From assembly GCA_944326675.1 (NCBI GenBank), contig CALVET010000040.1, positions 10,552 to 74,551 on the forward strand: a stretch of DNA of 64,000 bases, written 5' to 3'. Shown here piece after piece: positions 9,876 through 18,683 of this stretch; the stretch's first letter is position 1, and each line of letters opens with the position of its first letter. A program made the translations under genes and the position numbers. The notes under the pieces were generated by a model. It saw only the letters and a list, made by a program, of their open reading frames with translations, did no database searches and was not told where the DNA came from. Origin of the DNA: Candidatus Gastranaerophilales bacterium (GTDB lineage Bacteria; Cyanobacteriota; Vampirovibrionia; Gastranaerophilales; Gastranaerophilaceae).

Positions 9876-9912
9876 ATACACTTCAATTTAATGGGGAAGT
9901 GTATTTTTTTTC
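9876..9912. terminator. Bidirectional intrinsic terminator between the hydrolase gene and yitT
   Basis: ATACACTTC-12nt-GAAGTGTAT stem, followed by a T run on plus and preceded by an A run. Confidence 0.6.
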
Positions 9913-9949
9913 TGACAATACAGTGGTTTTATATGAATTTTATTCCACT

Positions 9950-10780
9950 TTAATTTTTTTTATAACGTTTTCCATACACTTCATGGACATTTTCAATGGT
10001 TATAAATGCGTCTTTATCTATGCTTACAACAAGTTCTTTAAGTTTATAAAGTTCTATACGGGGTGCTATACAGTATACCATTGTTTTAGGGTTTTTACTG
10101 TATCCGCCTTGTGCATCAAGATAAGTTACGGTTTTATCTAAATTTTGTATAATTGCCTGACCAATGATTTTTCCTTTATCTGAGATTATTCTGATTGATT
10201 TTTCTTCACTTAAACCTTGAACAATCATATCTATTGCTTTATATGCAACAACATAGGTTAAAGCGGAATACATTGCTTCTTCCCAGCCGAATAAAAAGCC
10301 GGCGCATGTAAATATGAAAATATTGATAAACATTATAATTTCGCCGACAGAGTAGGGATATTTTTTTGAAATTTTCATTGCAAGTATTTCAGTACCATCC
10401 ATACAAGCGTTATTTTTAAGTACTATTCCAACACCAATTCCAAGTATTGCGCCGCCAAAACATGCTGCTAAAAGTAAGTCATTTGTTATTGTCGGAATTT
10501 TGTGTGAAATATTTACAAATAATGCAAGCATACATACACTATATGAAGCTCTAAAAATAAATTTCATTCCGAATTCATTTAGTGCAAGCATTACAAAAGG
10601 AAGGTTTAAAATTACAAGAAATATACCCAAATTGACTTTTGTAATATAACTAGCCATTATTGATATACCAACTATTCCGCCATCAATAATCTGATTTGGA
10701 ACTAAAAAGCATTCCAAGGCAAAAGCAGCTAAAAATGCACCCAGTGTGCACAGCAATATGTTAATAATTAAATCTTTCAT
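9950..10780 (-). CDS. YitT-family membrane protein (DUF2179 C-terminal domain)
   Basis: Polytopic N-terminal half with LGAFLAAFALECFLVPNQIIDGGIVGISIM and a soluble C-terminal domain. This architecture is typical of YitT. Confidence 0.85.
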   Translation of the reverse strand: MKDLIINILLCTLGAFLAAFALECFLVPNQIIDGGIVGISIMASYITKVNLGIFLVILNLPFVMLALNEFGMKFIFRASYSVCMLALFVNISHKIPTITNDLLLAACFGGAILGIGVGIVLKNNACMDGTEILAMKISKKYPYSVGEIIMFINIFIFTCAGFLFGWEEAMYSALTYVVAYKAIDMIVQGLSEEKSIRIISDKGKIIGQAIIQNLDKTVTYLDAQGGYSKNPKTMVYCIAPRIELYKLKELVVSIDKDAFITIENVHEVYGKRYKKN

Positions 10781-10802
10781 ATTTTTATGATAGAATACAT
10801 TT

Positions 10803-11585
10803 ATGAAAAAGTATATATTCTTAATAATAATTTTACTTTTTTCTGTACTTTTTTTAGGCGGATGTATAAATAAAAAAGACGATATTTCCGATTTGCAAAA
10901 AATTAAAGACAGAGGATATTTAATAGTTGGAGTTAAAACAGACTCACCGCCTTTCGGATATTATAAAGACGGTAAATTGTGTGGAATAGATGTGCAAATT
11001 GCTCAATATATCGCAGATGGCATATTCGGTTTTGAATCTCCTCAAAATATTAAATATGTTTCTGTTGATGCACAAAACAGAATTGAAAAATTAAGCTTTA
11101 AACAGGTTGATATTTTGGTTGCAACTTTGAGTGTAAACGATAAAAGAAAACTTGTTGTTGATTTTTCGGTGCCTTATTTTGTTGCAAGTCAAAAAATAAT
11201 GATTCCGAAAGAGTCTAAAATTAAGAGCTTAAGCTATTTTAACAAAAACGGCAAAGTGGCGGTTGTGATGGGTTCTACCGGAGAAAAAATTGTAAGAATA
11301 GTTACACCAAATGCTTATGTTATCGGCGCTAAAACATATTATGAAGCGCTTAAGCTTTTAAAAGAAGGCAAGGTGGATGCAATTTTTGGCGATGATTGCA
11401 TATTGCAAGGCTTAAATAACGGTAAATATAAAATAATTAATCGTGCTTATTCGAAAGAATATTATGCGGTTGCAGTCAGAAAAACTAAAACTTCAAAAGA
11501 ATTGTTGACAGAAATTAATTCAATAATTGCATATATTTTAGATGAAAAAAAATTAATTCTTGTTAAGAAACCCTTAACATTTTAA
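10803..11585 (+). CDS. Amino-acid ABC transporter substrate-binding lipoprotein (SBP family 3)
   Basis: Lipobox LFLGGC. Also LIVGVKTDSPPFGY and the DFSVPYF block. Confidence 0.8.
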   Translation: MKKYIFLIIILLFSVLFLGGCINKKDDISDLQKIKDRGYLIVGVKTDSPPFGYYKDGKLCGIDVQIAQYIADGIFGFESPQNIKYVSVDAQNRIEKLSFKQVDILVATLSVNDKRKLVVDFSVPYFVASQKIMIPKESKIKSLSYFNKNGKVAVVMGSTGEKIVRIVTPNAYVIGAKTYYEALKLLKEGKVDAIFGDDCILQGLNNGKYKIINRAYSKEYYAVAVRKTKTSKELLTEINSIIAYILDEKKLILVKKPLTF

Positions 11586-11629
11586 ATAAAAAATCTTTTT
11601 CATCTATAATAAAAACAGATTAGTTTAAT

Positions 11630-13744
11630 ATGGATGTGCAGATGGATAGAGATAAGACAAATATAAAACTGTTCTGTTGGTATGCTGTTTTGTGGATTTT
11701 TTTGTTTGCAGCGCTTTATCTTAGTTACGGGGTCTATTTTTTAGATTTATCCTCTACAAAATCAAAATGGGTTGCTCTTTTTTCAGGAGCTATCGCTTTA
11801 TTGTTTTCTTCATGTAAAATTTGCGAAATTTCATATAATAACTACAAATATATAGCTTTAGATAAAATAATTGCATATTTTTATAATGGCGTCAGTTTGT
11901 TTTTTAAAAGGGAAAATAAATTTTTATTTTTTATTGCTTTTCTGATAGCAATATTTTTAATAAAACCCTTGGGAATTTCTTTTGTATTTTGCTATATAAT
12001 TGGGATTTTATTTGCTGTTTTTTGCGGATTTATAACAAATTTTATTGCGACAAGAGCAGCTGCAAAAATTTCTAAAGGTAAAAATGTATCTTTAAATTTA
12101 GGTTTTAAGATTGCTTTTAACTCAGGTGTTGCAATAGCAATGGCTATTGTAGGGTTGGCGTTAGTGCCGTTAGTTATTTTATACCATATATATAAAGATT
12201 ATCTTGTTGTTAATGGGTTTGTTTTGGGGGTTGCTTTAGTAGTCTTATTTTCCAGCGTCGGTGCTTCTATTGCAAAAAAAGCTGTTTCAGGTGCAATTGA
12301 GCTTGTATCTCAATTAGAGGGCGATATTGATATATATGATAAAAGAAATCCTTTATTGCTTTTATCGGGAATCACAAAAAGTATATTCAAAGTAAATGCT
12401 TTGTCTTTAGATATGTTTTTATCTTTTTGCGCGGTAATAGTTGCTTCAATGGCAACAGGGGCGATGGCATTAAATCTTATGGGTGCTTTTTTGCCTTTAA
12501 TTATTGCTTCAAGCGGTGTTTTTGCTTCTGTCATAGTTATTTTATTTATAAAAATGAATAAAATAAAAAATCCTATGAAAGCGCTTTTTATTTCCGGTTT
12601 TTGCACCATAGTACTGTTTTGTATTTTTAGTTATTATGTTATAAACACTTGGTTTATGGGTGATTTAGGTTTATTTTATGCAATTGCCCTAGGCTCGTTT
12701 GGCGGTTTTGTGGTTTGTTTTATTAATGCAAATTATATTTTTGAAAAATTCAAGACGGTAAAAAATGTTGCAAATTCAGCGATTGCAGGACTTTCACCTT
12801 GTATTGTTCAAACTCTAAAAGAGGGTTTTACGGGTGTATTTTTACCTACAATAGTTATTGCTTTTTTAATCATTATGTCTTTTATTTTGGCAAACGGCAT
12901 GGAAGCTCCCTTATTGGGTGTTTACGGAATTACAATTGCAATTTTAGGTATGATATCAACATTTGGAATCATGATGTGTATTAATATTTTTGCTCTGGTA
13001 TCCAATGATATAGATATAGTCTCAAATACTTATGAATTCGGCGAAGAGGTTGAAAGAGGCGAAAATATTGATATGCTTGGTCAAATAGGATATTATATTA
13101 TTTCATTGGGCAAGAATTTCTTAATAACTACTGCCATATTAACTGCTCTATCAGTTTTAATTGCTTTTAGTGTCACAGTACAATTAGAACAAGTTGACAT
13201 AATAAATCCTTACGTGCTTGCATCCTTATTTATGGGCGCTTCAATGCCTTATTTGTATTGTTCTTTTATTTTAAGCGGGGTATCTAAAACCGCTTCAAGA
13301 TTAATTTTAGAGGTTAAAAATCAGTTTAAAAGATTTCCTCAAATTTTACGCTATGAAATGAGACCTGATTATGAAAAATGCGTATGTGTTGCAGCAAATG
13401 CTTCTTCGGTTCAGATAATTTTTTATACAACCATGATTGTGATGGTTTTTTTGGTGGTTGCCTTTAAGCTTGGAAGTGAGGCGCTTTTTGGTTTTGTTTT
13501 TGGGGCAATTTTATCCGGAAGTGTTTTATTATATTCATCAATTAATTCAGCTATTGTTTCAAAGGCTGCAAAAAAATATTTTAAAAATGAGTTCATAAAT
13601 GCTCCAATTTCCTCTCAATATAGTGTTTTGGAACAAAATAACAGTATCTATTCTCTTTTAAAGGATTTAATAACTCCGTGTTTGAGTTCTTTAATTAAAT
13701 TTCTTGCAATTTTGGCCTTTATTTTGTCGCCGATTTTTTTCTAG
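11630..13744 (+). CDS. Membrane-integral pyrophosphatase (HppA/V-PPase) family homologue with substituted catalytic Asp residues
   Basis: 704-aa polytopic ORF collinear with M-PPases. Matching blocks are ATRAAAKIS...FKIAFNSG, YDKRNP, SLGKNFLITTAILTAL, AAKKYF and LLKDLITPCLSSLIKF. The acidic motif residues are replaced (see findings). TAG stop. Confidence 0.75.
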   Translation: MDVQMDRDKTNIKLFCWYAVLWIFLFAALYLSYGVYFLDLSSTKSKWVALFSGAIALLFSSCKICEISYNNYKYIALDKIIAYFYNGVSLFFKRENKFLFFIAFLIAIFLIKPLGISFVFCYIIGILFAVFCGFITNFIATRAAAKISKGKNVSLNLGFKIAFNSGVAIAMAIVGLALVPLVILYHIYKDYLVVNGFVLGVALVVLFSSVGASIAKKAVSGAIELVSQLEGDIDIYDKRNPLLLLSGITKSIFKVNALSLDMFLSFCAVIVASMATGAMALNLMGAFLPLIIASSGVFASVIVILFIKMNKIKNPMKALFISGFCTIVLFCIFSYYVINTWFMGDLGLFYAIALGSFGGFVVCFINANYIFEKFKTVKNVANSAIAGLSPCIVQTLKEGFTGVFLPTIVIAFLIIMSFILANGMEAPLLGVYGITIAILGMISTFGIMMCINIFALVSNDIDIVSNTYEFGEEVERGENIDMLGQIGYYIISLGKNFLITTAILTALSVLIAFSVTVQLEQVDIINPYVLASLFMGASMPYLYCSFILSGVSKTASRLILEVKNQFKRFPQILRYEMRPDYEKCVCVAANASSVQIIFYTTMIVMVFLVVAFKLGSEALFGFVFGAILSGSVLLYSSINSAIVSKAAKKYFKNEFINAPISSQYSVLEQNNSIYSLLKDLITPCLSSLIKFLAILAFILSPIFF

Positions 13745-13758
13745 TTTGAGAGGTTAAT

Positions 13759-14175
13759 ATGACAGTTTATACTGAAAAATTTACTATTTCATCCAATGGC
13801 TTTGACGATTTAATCGATATAACTTCAAAAGTTCAGAATATTGTTTTAAATGCAAATGTTGAAAATGCCATAGTTAATATCTCTACTGCTGTTTCTACCG
13901 CTTCAATAATTACATTAGAACAACAAGAAGGGCTGGCATTTGATTTTGCTTCTATTATGGAAAATATTATTCCGTTAAATAAAATTTATAAGCATGACTT
14001 ATCTTGGCATGAAGGTAATGCCCATGCTCATTTGAGAGCTGCATTATTGGGTAGTAATATAACTTTGAGTGTTATAGATAAAAAAATAGTTATTGATAAG
14101 TTTCAAAAAATTGTTTTTATAGATTTTGACACTAAAACAGGGATGAGACAAATAATTGTATCTGTTGTATATTAA
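13759..14175 (+). CDS. yjbQ: YjbQ/UPF0047 family protein (secondary thiamine-phosphate synthase family)
   Basis: 138 aa. Signature WHEGNAHAHLRAALLGSNITLSV. GAGAGG RBS upstream. Confidence 0.8.
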   Translation: MTVYTEKFTISSNGFDDLIDITSKVQNIVLNANVENAIVNISTAVSTASIITLEQQEGLAFDFASIMENIIPLNKIYKHDLSWHEGNAHAHLRAALLGSNITLSVIDKKIVIDKFQKIVFIDFDTKTGMRQIIVSVVY

Positions 14176-14186
14176 AAGCGGGAATT

Positions 14187-15809
14187 ATGAGTAATATAAA
14201 AGAACAAATAAAATTTTATACGGGCTTATTAAAAGATAATGAAATTCTTTTGTTAAAATCAAAGGATTCATATTTTAAAAGTCATTATCTTGGTTCGCAT
14301 TTGAACGTTTTGACAAATTTTTAGGGCACTGTAGGTAAAGAAATAATTGAAAAAAACGGAAATATTACTATTTTTGTTGATACAAGATATCATATTTTGG
14401 TTGAAAAACAGGCTTTTAAAAATGTTTCAATATACAAGATGGATTTAGGCGAGTCATTTATTGATGCTTTTGAAAATAAATATAAAAAAAACACAATAAT
14501 GCATGTTCCAAGCGATATTTCGTTGAATGAATATTGGAGCTTGGATAAATATTTTGATTTAAGAAAATATACTCTTGAACAAAAATTTACTAAAAACAAA
14601 GAACTTGATGAAAAATCAAAATTATTTTTGGTTAATTCTGAAATTGAAAAAAATGATTTTAATTTTAAAGTTCAAAAATTAAAGAAAACCAATCAAAATA
14701 TTGACAGAATGCTTGTTTTTAATTTGAATGAAATATCTTATTTGACAAATTTAAGAAGTTATCAAATGAAATACTCATCTAATTTTCGCTCAATTCTTTA
14801 TTTGGATTTCAGCGTGGATGATTATATTTTGTTTTTGGATAATATTCCGTCAGATATTAAAATTGAAGGTCTTAGATTTAAAAAGTTAAACGAATTTCAG
14901 GGGTTTATTCAGTCCGTTAATTCTGAAATTTATGTCAATATTAATGAAATTAATCTTGATAGTTTTTTGGCAATTAAAAAAATAAAGGAGCTAAAACAAA
15001 ATAATCTCTCATTAATTTCATCAATTAAACCAAAAAGCGTTATTGAGCACTTAATAAGCGCATCAAGAAGGACGGATTTGGCTATATATAATTTTAAAAA
15101 ACAATTAAAAGAAGGTTTAAGCGAGTTTGACCTTGTTGAAATTTTTGAAAATGAACTTTTGAAGCAAGGCGCCAGAATGCCTTCTTTTAAAACAATTCTT
15201 TCAATTAATGAAAATACTGCTTCTATTCATTATTCAAGCTATGATAAAAATAAATTATTAAAAAAAGAAAGCCTTTTGTTGCTTGATTGCGGAGGATATT
15301 TTGAAGGCGGTTATGCAACAGATATAACAAGAACATTTTATTTTGGAAATAACCCGAAGCAAATTTATAAAACAATATACACAAACGTATTAAAAGCTTT
15401 TTTTGCTTGCTATATTTCTAAAGAAATAAACGCAAAGAAGCTTGATTTGATGGCAAGAGAGATTTTAAGGCCGTTTGAAAATGATGGTTTTTATTTTAAT
15501 CATGGCTTAGGTCATGGAATAGGTACATCTGTTCATCAAAACCCCCCAAGATTGTCTATGAGCTCTAGTGATATTATTAAGCCCTTTCAAACTCATTCAA
15601 TTGAACCCGGATTATATGGAAAAAGCAAAAAAGAAAAAGTAGAATTTGGCGTAAGACTTGAAAATTGCGTTTATAGTGATATTGAATATAAAAAACATAC
15701 TTTGACAAAATTTCCTTTTGAGGAGGTTTTAATTGATTACAGCCTTTTAAACCAAGAAGAAAAAGATATGCTGGATAACTGGCAAAAAGAATTTTTAAGA
15801 GAAATATAA
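14187..15809 (+). pseudogene. Xaa-Pro aminopeptidase (M24B, with creatinase-like N-domain) interrupted by an in-frame TAG at 14322-14324
   Basis: ATG 14187 and the ORF-track ORF 14397-15809 share one frame. Reading through gives ...HLNVLTNF*GTVGKEIIEKNGNITIFVDTRYHILVEKQ, which matches the conserved N-domain. C-terminal metal-site blocks are DCGGYFEGGYATDITRT, HGLGHGIG, SIEPG and VRLEN. Confidence 0.6.
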
Positions 15810-15810
15810 A

Positions 15811-16578
15811 ATGGAAACAATTGAAATAACAAGTGTTCAAAATGATTTAGTTAAATTTGCCGTTAAGCTCCAAAATTCAAGATTTAGGAAAAGTCAAAAA
15901 TTAATATTTGCTGACGGTCAAAAAACAATTCAAGGTTTTATTGATGATGGAATTGTTTTTGATTGTTTTTTTATTAAAAAGGGTCGTCAAATAAATAACA
16001 ATTTAAAAACTCATAAGCTCGTATACGTTACAGATGAGATTTTAAAAAAAATAACAACCACAAAATCACCCTGTGATGTTGCAGGTATAATCAAGGAAAA
16101 AGAAATAAATACTAAAATTTTTTATAACTTAAATAAAATTGCGTTAATTGAAAATATAAAAGATGCCGGTAATTTAGGAACGATAATCAGAAGCGCTGTT
16201 GCTTTTGGAATAGATGGAATTATATTATTTGATGATTGTGTTGATTTATATAACTCAAAAACTATAAGGGCAACTGCCCAAAATATATTTAAAATTCCAA
16301 TTATAACTACAAAAGATATTAATTTTATAATTGATTTAAAAAAGACACACAAACTTATTTCTACCGTTGTAGATAGTAAAAATAATCTGTTTAACTATAA
16401 ATTTGAAGATAAATTTATGATTGCATTCGGTTCCGAAGCCGATGGATTGTCTGATAAGATAGTTAATTTGAGCGATGAAAAACTTTCAATCCCAATGGAA
16501 AATAACGTTGAATCGATAAATCTTGCAATATGTGCTTCTATTGTGTTTGCAATGACAAAAATTAATCATGAGATTTAG
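15811..16578 (+). CDS. TrmH/SpoU-family RNA 2'-O-methyltransferase
   Basis: SpoU motifs NIKDAGNLGTIIRSAVAFG, FGSEADGLS and IPMENNVESINLAICASIV. TAG stop. Confidence 0.85.
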   Translation: METIEITSVQNDLVKFAVKLQNSRFRKSQKLIFADGQKTIQGFIDDGIVFDCFFIKKGRQINNNLKTHKLVYVTDEILKKITTTKSPCDVAGIIKEKEINTKIFYNLNKIALIENIKDAGNLGTIIRSAVAFGIDGIILFDDCVDLYNSKTIRATAQNIFKIPIITTKDINFIIDLKKTHKLISTVVDSKNNLFNYKFEDKFMIAFGSEADGLSDKIVNLSDEKLSIPMENNVESINLAICASIVFAMTKINHEI

Positions 16579-16656
16579 TTGTGGTTAGCTAAAATGATTA
16601 TTGCCATTCGGCTTAAATCATGCTATTATTATCAAGTAATATTAAGTGAGGTTTCA

Positions 16657-16857
16657 ATGCGTATACAGCCCGCAATGTTTAAATATAATTTCGCACAAAG
16701 AAATTTAAATAAATTGCAAACTCAATTTGAAAGAAACAATAATATTCAAGCAAGACGTAAACATGAATATTCGGGCGTTGCTAGTGTTGATTTGGCTTAT
16801 GCCAGCATGATTGATAATAATATTGCAAAAGATTTACGAACAATCGGTTTAATTTAA
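16657..16857 (+). CDS. Small hypothetical protein (66 aa)
   Basis: ATG preceded by a GTGAGG RBS. Sequence begins MRIQPAMFKYNFAQRNLNKLQ. The ORF-track start at 16579 is a TTG extension with no RBS. Confidence 0.45.
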   Translation: MRIQPAMFKYNFAQRNLNKLQTQFERNNNIQARRKHEYSGVASVDLAYASMIDNNIAKDLRTIGLI

Positions 16858-16877
16858 CCTTATAGAAGAGTTGTACT

Positions 16878-17567
16878 ATGAATAAAAAAGCCTTTACTTT
16901 AGCTGAGATTATGATAGTTTTATCTGTTGTCGGAATTTTAACTGCTATTCTCTTGCCTGTTGCTTTTCAGTCTGCTCCTGATGAAAATGCGCTTAAATTC
17001 AAAAAGGCAAATTCAATACTAGGTACCGCAATTCGCGAAATGGTTAATTCAGATAAATACTATAAAGGCGGAGATTTAGGTGTAAAACCTGACGGTAGCG
17101 AGGTTCAGGTTGAATATTTTTGCTCAACTTTAGCGGAAATTTTATCTACTAAACAAATTAATTGCAGAGAAACAATAAATAATACTTACGCTTATTTTGA
17201 TTTCGAAACAAAAGATTTGGATTTAGCTCCAATAGATACCGCATGCAAAGAAACGCAGCCCGAAAAAGACGAAGATGCTGATATTGTAACCGTTGACGGT
17301 ATAATTTGGTATGAGTCAAGTCCGGGTACAACTTTTGCAGATAAAGACGGCGAAGATAAAAGAATTTTCTCTGCTCCTGATAGCACAACACCAACTTATG
17401 CGGATGAATTTGGATTTGATAGTTTATATAAGATAGTTTGTATTGATGTTGACGGTTTAAAAACCGGAGAAGATCCTTTTGGATATGGCATAAGGGCAGA
17501 CGGTAAAATTTTAAACGGTCCAAGGGCAAATGAATGGATTAAAAAGTCAGTACAAAAAGAGGATTAA
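16878..17567 (+). CDS. Prepilin-type N-terminal cleavage/methylation domain protein (type IV pilin / pseudopilin-like)
   Basis: MNKKAFTLAEIMIVLSVVGILTAILLP is a class III signal with a conserved Glu at +5, followed by a hydrophobic helix. Confidence 0.8.
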   Translation: MNKKAFTLAEIMIVLSVVGILTAILLPVAFQSAPDENALKFKKANSILGTAIREMVNSDKYYKGGDLGVKPDGSEVQVEYFCSTLAEILSTKQINCRETINNTYAYFDFETKDLDLAPIDTACKETQPEKDEDADIVTVDGIIWYESSPGTTFADKDGEDKRIFSAPDSTTPTYADEFGFDSLYKIVCIDVDGLKTGEDPFGYGIRADGKILNGPRANEWIKKSVQKED

Positions 17568-17575
17568 GGATTAAA

Positions 17576-18373
17576 ATGGAAATTAAAAATATAGCCCAAA
17601 TTGGCATTTTTGGCGGATCAGGTTTTTATAAGTTTTTAGATGATATTGAAGAAATAACTATTGATACGCCATACGGCAAAACTTCAGATAATATAATGCT
17701 AGGTTCAATTGCAGGCAAAAAAGTCGCTTTTATGCCTCGTCATGGCAGAAATCATTCAATTGCACCTCATCAGGTAAATTATAGAGCTAATGTTTGGGCA
17801 ATGAAGTCTATTGGCTGCAAAAGAGTAATATCTCCGTGTGCTGCGGGTTCTTTACAAAAACATGTTAAGCCTGGTGATATTGTTTTTTGTGATCAATATG
17901 TTGATAAAACTCATTCAAGAAAAGATACTTATTTTGATAATGGTGATATACAGCATATTTCAGGTGCAGAGCCATATTGTCCCCAATTAAGACAGGTTGC
18001 AATAGATTGCGCCAAGAATTTAGGCTACTCAATCCACGAAAAAGGTACAGTTGTTGTTATTCAAGGTCCGCGTTTTAATACTAAGGCTGAAAGTGCTTTT
18101 TTAACTCGCCAAGGTTGGGAAGTCATAAACATGACTCAATATCCTGAAGTTCATTTAGTTAAAGAATTAAACATGTGCCCTTTAAACATTTCTTTAATAA
18201 CAGATTATGACGCAGGGCTGGTTGGAGATTGCGAGCCCGTATCTCATGAGGCGGTTATGAAGGTGTTTAGCGAAAATATTTCTAAGTTGCAAAAATTATT
18301 ATTTTCTATTGTTGAAAATATAGATGATAACAAAACTTGCAATTGTGATAACAGTGCAAATTGGAGCAAATAA
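17576..18373 (+). CDS. mtnP: S-methyl-5'-thioadenosine phosphorylase
   Basis: GIFGGSGFY, FMPRHGRNHSIAPHQVNYRANVWAMKSIG and VINMT blocks. Confidence 0.9.
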   Translation: MEIKNIAQIGIFGGSGFYKFLDDIEEITIDTPYGKTSDNIMLGSIAGKKVAFMPRHGRNHSIAPHQVNYRANVWAMKSIGCKRVISPCAAGSLQKHVKPGDIVFCDQYVDKTHSRKDTYFDNGDIQHISGAEPYCPQLRQVAIDCAKNLGYSIHEKGTVVVIQGPRFNTKAESAFLTRQGWEVINMTQYPEVHLVKELNMCPLNISLITDYDAGLVGDCEPVSHEAVMKVFSENISKLQKLLFSIVENIDDNKTCNCDNSANWSK

Positions 18374-18639
18374 TGGGAATTAGTATTGCAGTTGCAAAAA
18401 TATTTGAATTAATTATATTGGTTTTATTTATTACTATTTTATTGTCTTGGTTCCCAAATATCAAATGGTATAATGAACCGTTTAAGTCCTTAAAGGCTTT
18501 TAGCGAGATATTTCTTGCTCCTTTTAGAAAAATAATTCCTCCGATTGGAATGATTGATATTTCGCCTATGATTGCCTTTATTTGTTTGATGATTTTAAGA
18601 AATATAATTGTAGGTTTTTTATATAGATTAGGTTTATAA
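18373..18639 (+). CDS. YggT-family small membrane protein
   Basis: TAATG overlap with the mtnP stop. LLSWFP motif and two TM helices. Confidence 0.8.
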   Translation: MGISIAVAKIFELIILVLFITILLSWFPNIKWYNEPFKSLKAFSEIFLAPFRKIIPPIGMIDISPMIAFICLMILRNIIVGFLYRLGL

Positions 18640-18640
18640 A

Positions 18641-18672
18641 AAAATACCTGCCATTTGGCAGGTATTTTTTTA
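18641..18672. terminator. Bidirectional intrinsic terminator between yggT and fabF
   Basis: ATACCTGCC-attt-GGCAGGTAT stem flanked by an A run and a T run. Confidence 0.85.
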
Positions 18673-18683
18673 TGTTTGAGATT

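Noticed and set aside
14322-14324. Genome-wide reassignment of TAG to a sense codon, as an explanation for the interrupted peptidase.
   Set aside because: TAG closes at least three other genes at sensible C-termini: the PPase-like gene at 13742-13744, trmH-like at 16576-16578 and the 39450 gene at 40842-40844. A global recoding is therefore unlikely. A local nonsense mutation, a sequencing error or read-through remain possible.
16579-16656. The ORF-track ORF 16579-16857 starts right after, and in frame with, the trmH-like TAG stop. This suggested a read-through fusion or a 92-aa protein.
   Set aside because: The TrmH-like protein ends naturally just after SpoU motif 3. The first 26 codons have no RBS, whereas ATG 16657 has a GTGAGG RBS. 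The frame continuity is most simply coincidence.
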